Below, piece after piece: positions 1 through 10,913 of a DNA stretch of 64,000 bases (positions are counted from its first letter, which is position 1; each line of letters opens with the position of its first letter). The DNA comes from Candidatus Latescibacterota bacterium (GTDB taxonomy: Bacteria; Latescibacterota; UBA2968; GCA-2709665), in assembly GCA_965237675.1 (NCBI GenBank), contig OZ250150.1, positions 2,368,001 to 2,432,000 on the forward strand. The letters run 5' to 3'. Position numbers and translations under genes: made by a program. A model generated the notes under the pieces. The model did not search any database. It had not been told where the DNA came from and worked only from the letters and a program-made list of their open reading frames with translations.

Positions 1-1800
1 ATCCGCCAGGTCGAGGAATCCGCCGGGGTTGGAAATTCTACCCAGGCCCTGCAGGGGGATAGCGATTTCAGGATCGTCCGGATCGTTGCTGAACAGGGTG
101 AGTTCCGCCCGCTGGTTTCCCGCCCGCGCGGGACGGAAGAAGACGTCCAGGCTTTGTCGCTGGCTCGACGGGATGCGCAGGGTGTCGTCCAGACCAACGG
201 AGAATTGAATGGAGTCCGTCAATTCGGCGCGGAAGACGGTCAGTACGCCGGCGCCCAGGTTCGCGACCCGCAAAATGAATTCCTGCTCGCGGCCGATATA
301 CGTGCGTTCGAACGTGATGCTTTCGGGGAAGACACCGATGTCGGGCGCCGCGCCCGTTCCCGAGAGAGGGACGGTGAGGGTGGGACGCCAGGGGTCGTCT
401 GTATCGATGGTAAGCGTACCTTCCACCACGCCTTCGGTCCGCGGGCTGAACCGTACCCGGATTTCGGCCTCCCCGGCCGGATCGATTTCGATCGGAAATG
501 CGTCCAGCAGGACGAACTCTTCCCGGTCGGTCGCGGCGCCACCCAGGGTGAGGGTGCGCCTGCCCACATTCTCGATGGTAAACGCACGCGTCGCTTGATC
601 GTCCACGACGACCGCACGGAAGTCGATACGGGCGGTCGTCAGACGGAGGACGGGCGACTGGAAGGCCGGGTCATGGAGTTTGCGGATGCGGCTGTTGCCC
701 GTATCCACGACGATCAGATTGCCGTTCGGATCCAGAACCACGCGGGTAGGCTCCCGGAACTCGGCGAGCGGGGCAGGACCCCCGTCACCGGCTGTGCCGG
801 CATTGCCTGTGCCCGCGACGGTGAAAATATCCCCTGAAATGGGATCCACGGCACGGACGCGATTGTTGCCGGTATCCGATATAAAGAGGGTTCCGTCCTC
901 GCCGACGGCCACGCCGCCGGGTAAATCGAGCCGGGCGGAGGTGGCCGGGCCGCCGTCGCCCGAGAATCCGCCCCCACCCCCGAAAACGGGCCCGCGGCCG
1001 GCCACCGTTGACACGATACCGGTTTCCGCGTCCACGCGCCGGATGCGATAATTGTTAAAGTCCGCGATAAAGATGTTGCCGTCCCCGTCCAGCGCGATGC
1101 CTTCCACGGTCATCCCGGCCTCGACCGCTGGGCCGCCGTCGCCGCCGAATGAGAAATCACCGTTGCCGGCAAGGGTGGTGATCCCGCCGCTGCCGAGGTC
1201 GATTCTGCGTACCCGGTTGTTTCCACGGCCCTGTCCGTCCAGCCCGTCCGCGATATAGAGCCCGTCACGGGGGCCCACAGCCAGAGCGACGATTTCTCCG
1301 AATACAGCGGAAAGGGCCGGGCCCCCGTCGCCGTCAAAGCCGAACTCCCCGTTGCCGGCAAGCGTGGTTATGATCCCCGTGCCGGCATCGATACGCCGGA
1401 TGCGGCGGTTGCCCGTATCGCCAATGTATATATTGCCGTCCTCGTCTACCGCAACGGCCTGCGGCCTTTCCAATTGCGCTTCGACGGCAGGTCCGCCGTC
1501 GCCCGAAAATCCGGATTCCCCGGTACCTGCGACGGTAGTGACTTGCCCGGTGACCGCATCGACCCTGCGGATTCGGTGGGTGCCCGTATCGGCAATGTAG
1601 ACGTGGCCATTAGCGTCCGTAGCAGCACCCAGGGGGATGCTCAGGGCCAGGTCGGTCGCTGGGATGTTCTCGCCCTCCTGGTTACCGCCGCCTGCAATGG
1701 TGATCAGCGTGCCACGTGTCTGAGCGAATGACGCGCCGGCGAGGGCGAACGAGAAAAGAACGAAAAACAGAGTCCGCGTATGTGTTCGGATACAATGCAT
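1..1800 (-). CDS. Secreted NHL-repeat protein with Ig-like (choice-of-anchor D/ASH-like) domains; runs off the window start
   Basis: Absent from the ORF track because it is open at the edge. Manual translation from ATG at 1800 gives MHCIRTHTRTLFFVLFSFALAGASFAQ (signal peptide), then repeated 'IADTGNxRIRRID..TG.I.T.AG.G..GFSGDGGPA' NHL units, then two Ig-like domains. Confidence 0.85.
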   Translation of the reverse strand, partial: MHCIRTHTRTLFFVLFSFALAGASFAQTRGTLITIAGGGNQEGENIPATDLALSIPLGAATDANGHVYIADTGTHRIRRVDAVTGQVTTVAGTGESGFSGDGGPAVEAQLERPQAVAVDEDGNIYIGDTGNRRIRRIDAGTGIITTLAGNGEFGFDGDGGPALSAVFGEIVALAVGPRDGLYIADGLDGQGRGNNRVRRIDLGSGGITTLAGNGDFSFGGDGGPAVEAGMTVEGIALDGDGNIFIADFNNYRIRRVDAETGIVSTVAGRGPVFGGGGGFSGDGGPATSARLDLPGGVAVGEDGTLFISDTGNNRVRAVDPISGDIFTVAGTGNAGTAGDGGPAPLAEFREPTRVVLDPNGNLIVVDTGNSRIRKLHDPAFQSPVLRLTTARIDFRAVVVDDQATRAFTIENVGRRTLTLGGAATDREEFVLLDAFPIEIDPAGEAEIRVRFSPRTEGVVEGTLTIDTDDPWRPTLTVPLSGTGAAPDIGVFPESITFERTYIGREQEFILRVANLGAGVLTVFRAELTDSIQFSVGLDDTLRIPSSQRQSLDVFFRPARAGNQRAELTLFSNDPDDPEIAIPLQGLGRISNPGGFLDLAD

Positions 1801-1856
1801 AGGCTGGAGGGGGGAAAAACGCCGCGTGGAACGCGTTGCCCTTCAGGCCGGCCGGT

Positions 1857-2858
1857 TTAACGTCCTTCGAATAGATCCCGACCCTTGACCAGGGCCTCGA
1901 TCTTGCGGTCGGCGACGTTTCGCTGAAGCATCCAGAAACCGCAGTCGGGATGGATGCAGGCGATGCGTGCCAGCCCGAGGTGTCGGGCGGCGAATTCGAT
2001 GTCCGATGCGATTTCGTCCGGGGTTTCCACGATGTTGTTCTTGATGTCGATCACACCGATGCCGATTCGGACGGATTGCGGAAGTTCCTTCAGGCTTGCT
2101 GCGTGTTCGATACCCCGGCGTTTGAATTCGAGGACCAGGTGGTCCGCTCTCAGGGCCGCGAGAAAAGGAATCAGGTCCTGCCACGTGCCGTGCTGGACGG
2201 TCTGGCCGCCGTAATTCCCGAAACAGACGTGCACGGCCTTTTCGCCCTTCACGGCATCGAGGACGGTGTTTATCGCCCGGGCGGCCCACGCGGCTTCTTC
2301 CGGGTGTCCCGGGATATTGGCTTCGTCGATCTGGATCACGTCCGCGTCGATGTCCGCAACCTGTCTGGCGAGGAGTTCGCCGAGGGCCAGGGCCACGGCA
2401 GCGGGGTCTCCATAGTGGCGGTCCATCAGGACTTTACTGAGCATGTGGGGTCCGGTGAGGGTGAATTTGAGTTTCGACCGGGTCAGGGGCCGGACCATCC
2501 GGAAGTCCGCGGGTAAGTTGAGCTCGCCCTCGTCCAGACCTCTTTCGATCAGGCCGGCGGGCGCCGCGCGATAGGAGAGGCCGGCTTCCCTGCGAAATGC
2601 GTCAAGGGTCTGGCGCCCGAACCGGGTGGTGATACCGCCCAATCGTCGCGCGAAATAGTCAATCATGCCGTTGGTTTCAGGATGATTGACGTCGAACCGG
2701 TAGAGTTCACCGTCGGCGACGACGTCAATCCCCGCTTCTTCCTGGGTCTTGATCACGACCCTCATGGCATCGATTAATGTCTGTCGGGAGGGAGAAGCTC
2801 GCAGCCAGTCCGGTACGGGATAGCTTCCAACGACGGTGGTGGGGATGCGGTGGGGCAT
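1857..2858 (-). CDS. Cobalamin-independent methionine synthase II family protein (single barrel)
   Basis: TTVVGSYPVP, DGELYR, QIDE, HVCFGN and PDCGF zinc-ligand motifs; start moved to ATG 2858. Confidence 0.85.
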   Translation of the reverse strand: MPHRIPTTVVGSYPVPDWLRASPSRQTLIDAMRVVIKTQEEAGIDVVADGELYRFDVNHPETNGMIDYFARRLGGITTRFGRQTLDAFRREAGLSYRAAPAGLIERGLDEGELNLPADFRMVRPLTRSKLKFTLTGPHMLSKVLMDRHYGDPAAVALALGELLARQVADIDADVIQIDEANIPGHPEEAAWAARAINTVLDAVKGEKAVHVCFGNYGGQTVQHGTWQDLIPFLAALRADHLVLEFKRRGIEHAASLKELPQSVRIGIGVIDIKNNIVETPDEIASDIEFAARHLGLARIACIHPDCGFWMLQRNVADRKIEALVKGRDLFEGR

Positions 2859-2901
2859 GGCTGAGGTTTTCGTGGGGAATCCCGGCATCTTGCGATGGGG
2901 C

Positions 2902-4104
2902 CTACTTTCGCCGGGTTTTCGGGGGTCTCAGTTCTTGACGGATCGCCTCCAGCCTGGTGCGGTTCCCGGGGTCGGGGCTCTGCAGGGCGTTCAACAGGAA
3001 TGCGATCAGGATGCTGAATAGCAGGCTCAGGCCGGCGGCCGTACCGACCATCAGCACGCGCCGTGGGCGGCTTCGGAAGTCGGGGGGTACGGCCGGATCC
3101 AGAACCACGACCAGGGACGTCTCCTTTTTCTCTTCGAAACTGCTTTTTTCGTATTCATGGAGTACGAATTGATAGATGAGGTTACGGATTTCCATTTCGC
3201 GCATCAATCGCAGGGCCTGAAGTCCCAGGTCGGGGATCTGATCCATCGGTATCATGATGCCGGGCAAATTGCGATCTGCCCGGCCGCCGCTGTCCGGGGC
3301 CGACCCCGACAGGATGCCGTCCAGTGCTTTTTTTGCGCCCTCGATTTCAATGTCGAGTTGCCTGACTCTGCTATTGTCGGGATTCATCTGAAGGGCGGCG
3401 ATTTCACGGCGGATGATCATCTCGCCCAGCGTTGAGGTGATGAGGGAGGAGTAGGCGTCAATCTGCGCCTTGGTCTGGCTTTCGATGTCAATGGCCGAAT
3501 GTTCCTTCTGGAACGCATTGTAGGCCTCCTCGGCTTCAATCATGCGGCGCTCGGCCTGCATGAGGCGCTTTTGCAGGTAGCTGCGGAGGTCCCCCGCCTG
3601 TTGTTCGCGCCGGTGCCTGAGCGCAAGGTCGAGTTCTACAACGAAGGCATTGGCGATTTCGGCGGCTCGTTCCGGGGTTTCCGCCAGGTAGGACACGGTC
3701 AGGAATTGTTCGCGGGAGAGTTCCACGTCGAGCCGGTCGTCGACCATCTGCAGGAGTTCCTCACGGGTCTCGGCTCCGTATGCTTCCTGAAGATTGAAGC
3801 GGCGAATAATGGCTTCTGCCACACGCTGGCTCTTCAGGATGGGCACGAATTCGGTGGCCGAAACGGCGTTTTCTCCCAGGCCGAGCATGCCCACCGGCAG
3901 CTTTTCGAGAATGGCGGAGATCCCCAGCGATCCCTGGCCCTCACTGGGCGGAAACAGGACGGCGCTGGCGCGGTAGACCGGGGTGATGATCAGACTGATC
4001 CCCGCGGTCAATGCCGATACGGTGAAGCACGTGACGAGGATCATTCGCCGCCAGCGGGCAAGGACAGCCAGATGGTCGAGGATATTTTTTTCGGGTTCCA
4101 TCAC
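2902..4104 (-). CDS. Wzz/GumC-like polysaccharide chain-length regulator
   Basis: N-terminal TM with 'PVYRASA', coiled-coil middle, C-terminal 'VLDPAVPP..RSRP' + TM. Confidence 0.85.
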   Translation of the reverse strand: MMEPEKNILDHLAVLARWRRMILVTCFTVSALTAGISLIITPVYRASAVLFPPSEGQGSLGISAILEKLPVGMLGLGENAVSATEFVPILKSQRVAEAIIRRFNLQEAYGAETREELLQMVDDRLDVELSREQFLTVSYLAETPERAAEIANAFVVELDLALRHRREQQAGDLRSYLQKRLMQAERRMIEAEEAYNAFQKEHSAIDIESQTKAQIDAYSSLITSTLGEMIIRREIAALQMNPDNSRVRQLDIEIEGAKKALDGILSGSAPDSGGRADRNLPGIMIPMDQIPDLGLQALRLMREMEIRNLIYQFVLHEYEKSSFEEKKETSLVVVLDPAVPPDFRSRPRRVLMVGTAAGLSLLFSILIAFLLNALQSPDPGNRTRLEAIRQELRPPKTRRK

Positions 4105-5783
4105 CGGCTGATGCTCCGAACCGCAATCACCAGAGAGGCCACCTGCGATAGGACGACCAGCGTCTCACGAAAGAGCCGCCAGCCATGGACGGGTTTTTTC
4201 CCCATGACAAAAATGGTGTCTCCAGGATTGATACGCTGAATCTTGGAGGCTTGTGTCCAGTTTCCAGTGCTGGCCTGTATCACGTAAATTTCACCTTTTT
4301 CCGCCTGCTCGTTCAGTCCGCCCGCCTTGCTGATGTAGTCCTGGGCACGAAGATCCGCTTGATAGGGAATGGCGCCCGGGGTGATGACGTATCCGTTGAC
4401 GAGGACCGAGGGCACCAGTCTCGGTATCCGTACGATATCTCCGTCGTTGAGCAGGATGTTCTGCGAGTCATCCCTCTTCTCAAAGAGGGCGACGAAATCC
4501 ACCGGAAGGCGTCCCGACATCTGCTGTTTTTGCATAGCCATGAAGGTTCGCTGGGCGTCGGTCAGGCTGATGGGCCCAACGCTCTGCAGTTGCTTCGGAC
4601 CGGCCACCCCTTTCGGAAACTCCACGCGGCGGACCACGATGGATTGGGCGAGAGAGGCTCTGGACGTAAAACCGCCCGCTCTCTGGATCAGATCCTTCAG
4701 TGTCATCCCCGAGCCGATGAAATAGGAACCGGGGAAATAGACTTCGCCTTCCACGCTCGCCGAGCGTTCCTTCACGGCCACGTGCAGTTTATCGCCGGCA
4801 CGCACCGGCAGGTTCGCGTCCGGGTCGCCCTGCAGTGCCTGCAAAAGGCGGACAGTATGACGCTCTTCACGTTCTTCTACAAAAAAAGTACGGAGCAGTT
4901 CCGCGCTTGCGGTGCCTGCCTCGCCGTTCAACCCCCCCGCAAGAGCAATCAGGTCGGAGACGCGATCGCCGGGAATGAACTCGTAACTTCCGGGTTTGTA
5001 GACGGCGCCCGATATACTAAGCGAGTCCTTGAGCGCGGGCACAAAGATCTGATCCCCATCCAAAAGGAAGGGATTGTGGGCGATATCCCCTGAAAGCCGC
5101 CACAGGGCGAGGTCCGCCCCACGGTCGGTATTCATCGGTACGCCCCGTTCGGAGAGCCGTTGGATCCGAATGTTCCGTTGCGAAGCCCTGCCCTCGGGCG
5201 GTTCCAGAAATCCGCCGGCCTGGTTGATGAGTTCGGAAACCTGTTCGGTTCCTTCGACCATGTAGGTTCCCGGATGCACGACCTGCCCGACGACGTTGAC
5301 GGGAAAGCTGCGCAGTTGGGCCAGAGAGATCTGGATGCTGGGGTGACGGAACCGGTCCTGGACCGCTTCCTGAATTTTCTTGCGGCTCTCGCCCAGGCTC
5401 AGCCCGGCAAGCTGTATGTTGCCCACGTATGGGACGTGGAGTTTGCCCTCCGCACCGATGATGACAGGAAGCGTGAGGGGTTCTTCTCCGGCTTCAAAGT
5501 GGATGCTGAAAACATCCCCCGGACCTACGATGTACCGTTCGGAACGAATGATGGCATCGTACGCGATCTTGCCGATCCATTTCACGTCGAGGCCCTGCAT
5601 CTGATCCGATTGAAGCGTTCTTGAAATCGACGGGCGGTCCGACCTGCGCCGGCTTGTTTCCGGCCGCCTCCGTGCGGATTGGGCGCACAGCAGGACCGGT
5701 TCGGTGATCAGTCCGACGGCAAGCACGATCGCAATCAGACGGCAGGCGGGAGATGGTTTACGATAAGAGAAAGGGCCTGTCAT
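4101..5783 (-). CDS. Polysaccharide export protein with SLBB domains (Wza/KpsD-like)
   Basis: 'YIVGPGD', 'G.LHVPYVG', repeated 'V.G.V..PG.Y...DLI..AGG' SLBB motifs. Confidence 0.85.
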   Translation of the reverse strand: MTGPFSYRKPSPACRLIAIVLAVGLITEPVLLCAQSARRRPETSRRRSDRPSISRTLQSDQMQGLDVKWIGKIAYDAIIRSERYIVGPGDVFSIHFEAGEEPLTLPVIIGAEGKLHVPYVGNIQLAGLSLGESRKKIQEAVQDRFRHPSIQISLAQLRSFPVNVVGQVVHPGTYMVEGTEQVSELINQAGGFLEPPEGRASQRNIRIQRLSERGVPMNTDRGADLALWRLSGDIAHNPFLLDGDQIFVPALKDSLSISGAVYKPGSYEFIPGDRVSDLIALAGGLNGEAGTASAELLRTFFVEEREERHTVRLLQALQGDPDANLPVRAGDKLHVAVKERSASVEGEVYFPGSYFIGSGMTLKDLIQRAGGFTSRASLAQSIVVRRVEFPKGVAGPKQLQSVGPISLTDAQRTFMAMQKQQMSGRLPVDFVALFEKRDDSQNILLNDGDIVRIPRLVPSVLVNGYVITPGAIPYQADLRAQDYISKAGGLNEQAEKGEIYVIQASTGNWTQASKIQRINPGDTIFVMGKKPVHGWRLFRETLVVLSQVASLVIAVRSISR

Positions 5784-6679
5784 TCGGTGATTACCCCGTC
5801 TCGATCGACACAGAGCACGGCAGTGTCGACCTGGATGTCTTGTTGCGCCCAGGCGTTATCCATGGCGGTGGCTATATTCGGGGCGTCATCGGTCGCAAAA
5901 GCAAGCAGCGTCGGCCCTGCGCCGCTGAGGCATGCGCCCATGGCCCCGGCCTTTTCCGCGGCCTCGAGCACATGGTCGATACCCGGTACGAGTGACGCCC
6001 GGTAGGGCTGATGCAGGCGGTCGCGCATCGCTGATTTCAAAGCGTGGAGGTTTCCGCTCATCAGTGCTGCCGTAACCAGGCATGCGCGGCCCACGTTGAA
6101 CACCGCATCCCGGTGCGGCACCTGTTCCGGCAGGGCCGCGCGCGCCGCTTCCGTTTTGAGTTTGAAGCGTGGGACCGCGACAACCGCGCGAAGTTCCGGC
6201 GGCGGCAGCGCCCGGATCGATTCAACCCGACCGCCTTCATAGGAGCAGATTGCCAGGCCGCCCAGGAGGCACGGCGCCACATTGTCGGGATGGCCTTCCA
6301 ATTCCGTGGCGAGGTCGAGCAGAGCGGATTCCGAAAAGGGTTCGCCAAGGAGGAGGTTGGACGCATAGACGCCGGCTACGATGGCGGTGGAACTGCTGCC
6401 CAGCCCGCGGGAAAGCGGAATGCCGTTGTGCATCTCCACTTCCAGCCCCGGCAGGGATCGGCCCGCGCGCTGCGCGGCCATGTCGGCTGATCGGAAGAAC
6501 AGGTTGGTTTCGTCTACTGGAAGCTGTCCCGCGCCCTCGCCGGTGACGCGCATCCGTCGATGCGGACCGGACACGGTCCGAACCGCGATCCGGTTATAGA
6601 TGGTCAGTGCGAGGCCCAGCGTGTCGAATCCGGGACCCAGGTTGGAGGTGGAGCCGGGCGCTCTCAGGCGAATTTCCAT
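5780..6679 (-). CDS. thrB: Homoserine kinase
   Basis: SNLGPGFD, PLSRGLGSSS, EGHPDNV, SGAGPT motifs. Confidence 0.95.
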   Translation of the reverse strand: MEIRLRAPGSTSNLGPGFDTLGLALTIYNRIAVRTVSGPHRRMRVTGEGAGQLPVDETNLFFRSADMAAQRAGRSLPGLEVEMHNGIPLSRGLGSSSTAIVAGVYASNLLLGEPFSESALLDLATELEGHPDNVAPCLLGGLAICSYEGGRVESIRALPPPELRAVVAVPRFKLKTEAARAALPEQVPHRDAVFNVGRACLVTAALMSGNLHALKSAMRDRLHQPYRASLVPGIDHVLEAAEKAGAMGACLSGAGPTLLAFATDDAPNIATAMDNAWAQQDIQVDTAVLCVDRDGVITE

Positions 6680-7782
6680 TCCATCTCCCTGACCAGTTCC
6701 GCACAGACCAGATCCGCCATTAGAAATCCGCGGCGGGTGAGGCGGATCCGCCCGTCTCGACGTTCGAGAAGGTGATCGGGAACGACGGAGGTCGACTTGC
6801 CGCCGGTTCCCAACAGCGTCTCGGGAATGCCATCGGCGCGCCGGAGGCCAAGCATAACCTGTTCGACGAGCCGTCCCTGGGAGGAGATAACCTCTTCCGC
6901 TTCAACGGCAACACCTGAGGATTCAACGCCCTTTATATACGCCATGAGGGGGCGGATGTTCCAGGTGCGGCGGTCGTTGAAGAAGGAATGGGCGGAAAGT
7001 CCTATGCCAATATACGGGCGTCGGTCCCAGCATGCGATATTGTGGCGGCAGGCAAAACCCGGCTGTGCGAAGCTTGAGACTTCGTACTGGACGTAGCCGG
7101 CCTCGCGCAATCTATCCTGCGCGATCTCGTACATTTCTGCCTGAGCATTTTCAGGAGGCAGCGGCAGGCGGTTTGTTTTCATGCGGCGGTCGAATGGTGT
7201 GCCGGGCTCGATGGTCAGCCCGTAGACGGAGACATGCTCCGCACGGAGGTGCAGGGCACGGTCCAGGGTCCGCCGCCAGGTGTCTGCCGTTTGCCGGGGC
7301 GCGGAGAAGATCAGGTCGATGTTGATGTTTCTGAAGCCGGCCCGGCGCGCGGCGCCGACGGCTGCCTCGGCCTCGGCAGATGTGTGCCGCCTGCCCAGGG
7401 CCCTGAGCGTGGGGTTGTCGAGGGCCTGTACGCCCAGGCTGAGCCTGTTAATGCCGATCGCCGCCAGGTCGGCGAATCGCGATCGGTCTTCGGGGTTGGC
7501 TTCGGCGGAGATCTCCGCCTCCGGCGCGATCCGTGAAAGGGTCCGGGCGGTATCCAGAATTCGCTCCAGCGACTCCGGCGGAATTTCCGAGGGCGTGCCG
7601 CCGCCGAAAAAGACGGTGTCGAAAACCGTGCGGCTGCCCAAGTGCGGGAGGCGGGTCCGGAATTCCCGGATGACCGCCCTGGTGTACCGTTCCGCCAGGT
7701 GAGTCTTGCCGACGTCGAAGGCAAAATCGCAATAGGGGCACCGGGATTTACAGAACGGAATGTGGATGTAAAGACCGGACAT
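6664..7782 (-). CDS. hemW: Radical SAM heme chaperone HemW
   Basis: LYIHIPFC..RC.YCDF, GGGTPS, YEVSSFA, CRHN. Confidence 0.9.
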   Translation of the reverse strand: MSGLYIHIPFCKSRCPYCDFAFDVGKTHLAERYTRAVIREFRTRLPHLGSRTVFDTVFFGGGTPSEIPPESLERILDTARTLSRIAPEAEISAEANPEDRSRFADLAAIGINRLSLGVQALDNPTLRALGRRHTSAEAEAAVGAARRAGFRNINIDLIFSAPRQTADTWRRTLDRALHLRAEHVSVYGLTIEPGTPFDRRMKTNRLPLPPENAQAEMYEIAQDRLREAGYVQYEVSSFAQPGFACRHNIACWDRRPYIGIGLSAHSFFNDRRTWNIRPLMAYIKGVESSGVAVEAEEVISSQGRLVEQVMLGLRRADGIPETLLGTGGKSTSVVPDHLLERRDGRIRLTRRGFLMADLVCAELVREMEWKFA

Positions 7783-7816
7783 AGGCGCTAGAAGTCAACG
7801 GGACAGCGAGACGTTT

Positions 7817-8578
7817 TCATTTGACCATCCGGCCGATTCGGCCCCACCGTGCGCGCCCGAATCCGTGTAGCAGGTTGTAGATGGCCATCCTGGGAATAGA
7901 GAGGATGTTTTCAAATTCCGGCGCCCCGGGGTCCGGCGCCCACGACCAGTAGATGATGTTCGCCTGCGCCCGGATGCGCTTTTTCTCCAGGAAGCCCCAG
8001 TAGCGGCTGTCCTCGCTATTGTCCCGGCTGTCTCCCATGACGAAATAGTGTCCCTGGGGAACCCTTACGCGGCGCATGTTGTCCCGAACGCCGCCTGGAG
8101 ACGATACGGGCAGGATGACAGGATCCGCGTATTTGGAAAGAGGCGGATCGACGGTGCGCTTTCCGTCCACGTAGAGTATTTTATCGCGGACCTCAACGTC
8201 CTGACCGGGGCCGGCCACCACGCGTTTTATAAAGTCCCGATCCGGATTCCTCGGGTACTCGAAAATGACAATATCGCCGGGTTCGGGATCGCTAAAACCG
8301 GGGAGGCGGGCATCGGTGAAGGGAATTCTGGCGCCGTAGATGAATTTGTTGGCCAGCAGAAAGTCGCCTACCAGAAGCGTGTTTTCCATCGAGCCCGTGG
8401 GAATACTGAAGGCCTGAACCACAAAGGTCCGCAAAAAAAGCGCCAGGGCAACGGCCATCAGAATGGCTTCGAGATATTCTCTGGCCACGGGCTTTTTCCT
8501 TCGGCCGGTTCTCCCCTTCCGGGCCTTTCGGGTCGGGGCCTTTTTCCCTGCCCGCCTACGTCGTGCGAATTTGACCAT
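7817..8578 (-). CDS. lepB: Signal peptidase I
   Basis: IPTGSMENTL, FIKRVV, MGDSRDNSEDSRYWG; downstream of lepA. Confidence 0.95.
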   Translation of the reverse strand: MVKFARRRRAGKKAPTRKARKGRTGRRKKPVAREYLEAILMAVALALFLRTFVVQAFSIPTGSMENTLLVGDFLLANKFIYGARIPFTDARLPGFSDPEPGDIVIFEYPRNPDRDFIKRVVAGPGQDVEVRDKILYVDGKRTVDPPLSKYADPVILPVSSPGGVRDNMRRVRVPQGHYFVMGDSRDNSEDSRYWGFLEKKRIRAQANIIYWSWAPDPGAPEFENILSIPRMAIYNLLHGFGRARWGRIGRMVK

Positions 8579-8659
8579 TTGTCTGGTTTTTCAGCTCAGG
8601 GTCCGCGGGTACCCGGCCCCTGACTTGGCAGCTGTCTTTAAATCTCTGGCGGTCTTCGC

Positions 8660-8688
8660 GCCTGCCTGCTGCCGCAGGCAAGGCAGGC
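8660..8688. repeat. CCTGCCTG...CAGGCAGG-type short palindrome, copy 1
   Basis: gcctgcctgctgccgcaggcaaggcaggc; related palindromes at 13506 and 50852. Confidence 0.55.
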
Positions 8689-8841
8689 GGCTGCAAAAGC
8701 GTCGGTCGGCGTTGGTCAAACCCACCCGTATTTAGCGGTCGAGGCTGCGCGCCCCTCGCCTCTCATAGGCGGGTTCGCCCGCCTGGACCGACACCTTTTC
8801 GCTCGCGCTCGGGAACTCACCAGGAATTTTAAAACACCTGC

Positions 8842-10641
8842 TTACATTTCCATACGCAGGACGGCAAGGAACGCTTCCTGGGGAATTTCGATGTTTCCCA
8901 CCTGCTTCATCCGTCGTTTTCCTTCCCTCTGACGTTCCAGAAGTTTCCGTTTTCGGGTCACGTCTCCACCGTAACACTTGGCGGTTACGTTCTTTCGAAA
9001 GGGACGCACGGACGTTCTGGAGATGACTTTCCTGCCGATGGCGGCCTGGATGACGACCTCGAACATCTGGCGCGGGATGAGTTCTTTGAGTTTGGAGCAG
9101 ACCGCCCGCCCCCATTCGTAGGCTTTCTCCCGATGGACGACGGCGGACAGAGCGTCGACCGGGTCTTCATTGATGACCAGGTCGAGTTTGACCAGGTCGG
9201 CGGACCGATGTTCTTTGTACTCGTAGTCGAACGAGGCATACCCGCGGCTTACGGATTTGAGGCGGTCGTAAAAGTCGAGCATGATTTCAGATAGGGGGAG
9301 TTCGTAACGCAGCAGGGCGCGCGCGGGATCCACGTATTCGGTGGTAATATAGATCCCTCGACGGTCCTGGGCAACCTGCATGGTCGCGCCGATGTATTCG
9401 GACGGAACCAGAATCTGCGCGTTGAGAACGGGTTCCGCGATTTCTTCGATCTGAACGGCGGGGGGCATCTCGGCGGGATTGTGCACGATTTGGACGTCCC
9501 CGTTTGTGAGCAGGACTTCGTACTCCACGTTGGGTACGGTGGTGATAATCTCCATGTCGAATTCGCGGGCGAGGCGCTCCTGTACGATTTCCATATGAAG
9601 CAGCCCCAGGAAACCGCAGCGGAAACCGAACCCCAGAGCCGTGGAGGTCTCCGGCTCGAAACGGAGCGACGCGTCGTTCAGACGCAGTTTCTCCAGGGCC
9701 GTTCGAAGGTTCGTGTAGTCTTCCGCGTCAACGGGGTAGACGCCGGAAAAAACCATGGGTTTGACTTGCTGGTACCCGGGTAACGGTTCCTCGGCGGGTC
9801 GGGTACACCCGGTAACGGTGTCACCCATGTTGAGTTCCTCGAGGTCCTTCACGCCGGCGATGAGATAACCGACTTCTCCGGCCCGGAGCATCTGCGTCTT
9901 GACGCGTTTGAGTTTAAGGACGCCGATTTCCTCGGCTTCGAACTGACGCCCGGTGGAGAAGAACCGGATGGGCGCGCCGCTCCGGAGGCTTCCCTGGAAG
10001 ATGCGGATCAAGGCGACGGCGCCGCGGTACCGGTCGAAGATGGAATCAAAGATAAGGGCCTGGAGGGGCGCGTCCGGATCGCCCTGCGGCGGTGGAATCT
10101 GTTCGATGATCGCCTGTAGCAGGCCTTCGACGCCGATACCCTCCTTGGCGCTTATTTTGTGAATTTCGGATTCTTCAACACCCAGGAGGTCGTGGACCTG
10201 CAGGACGACCCGGTCCACGTCGATGTTGGGAAGATCAATCTTGTTGATGACCGGGATTATCGCCAGGTCCTGTTCCATCGCGAGCAGGACGTTGCTGATC
10301 GTCTGGGCCTCCACGCCCTGCGCGGCGTCTACGAGAAGGAGGGTGCCTTCACAGGCCGCCAGGCTTCGGGAAACCTCATATGAGAAGTCGACGTGCCCCG
10401 GCGTGTCGATGAGGTTGAGAATATAGGTTTGACCATCTGAACACCGGTGGTCCATCCGGACGGCGTGGGACTTGATGGTGATGCCGCGTTCCCGCTCCAG
10501 GTCCATATCGTCCAGGACCTGGTCCACCATCTCATTTCGTGACAGGGTCGAGGTGTTCTCCAGGAGCCGGTCCGCCAGGGTCGACTTGCCGTGGTCGATG
10601 TGGGCAATGATGCAGAAGTTTCTGATATTCTGGATACTCAT
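8842..10641 (-). CDS. lepA: Elongation factor 4
   Basis: [41 protein letters not shown]. Confidence 0.98.
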   Translation of the reverse strand: MSIQNIRNFCIIAHIDHGKSTLADRLLENTSTLSRNEMVDQVLDDMDLERERGITIKSHAVRMDHRCSDGQTYILNLIDTPGHVDFSYEVSRSLAACEGTLLLVDAAQGVEAQTISNVLLAMEQDLAIIPVINKIDLPNIDVDRVVLQVHDLLGVEESEIHKISAKEGIGVEGLLQAIIEQIPPPQGDPDAPLQALIFDSIFDRYRGAVALIRIFQGSLRSGAPIRFFSTGRQFEAEEIGVLKLKRVKTQMLRAGEVGYLIAGVKDLEELNMGDTVTGCTRPAEEPLPGYQQVKPMVFSGVYPVDAEDYTNLRTALEKLRLNDASLRFEPETSTALGFGFRCGFLGLLHMEIVQERLAREFDMEIITTVPNVEYEVLLTNGDVQIVHNPAEMPPAVQIEEIAEPVLNAQILVPSEYIGATMQVAQDRRGIYITTEYVDPARALLRYELPLSEIMLDFYDRLKSVSRGYASFDYEYKEHRSADLVKLDLVINEDPVDALSAVVHREKAYEWGRAVCSKLKELIPRQMFEVVIQAAIGRKVISRTSVRPFRKNVTAKCYGGDVTRKRKLLERQREGKRRMKQVGNIEIPQEAFLAVLRMEM

Positions 10642-10913
10642 CCTCAGAATGCTCTGGGATTAAAGGCAACTTCAAAAAATTCAACCGTCTACACGCAATT
10701 GTAGATTGAAGTTTAGAATATACTCTCTTCGGGGATTGAAGTCAACCGCAGAAGGGGTAATGCCGCCGTCCGGACGGCCCGGAAAACGGCAATCCAGCGT
10801 CCGGTTGAAACGCAGAGCGGGACCGGTTTTGGGTTCAAAGGTGTTGACAGACCGGGAAACGGGTCGGTATATTGAAAAAAAACGGCATCCGTTCATGGGA
10901 GGATCCTGGCATT

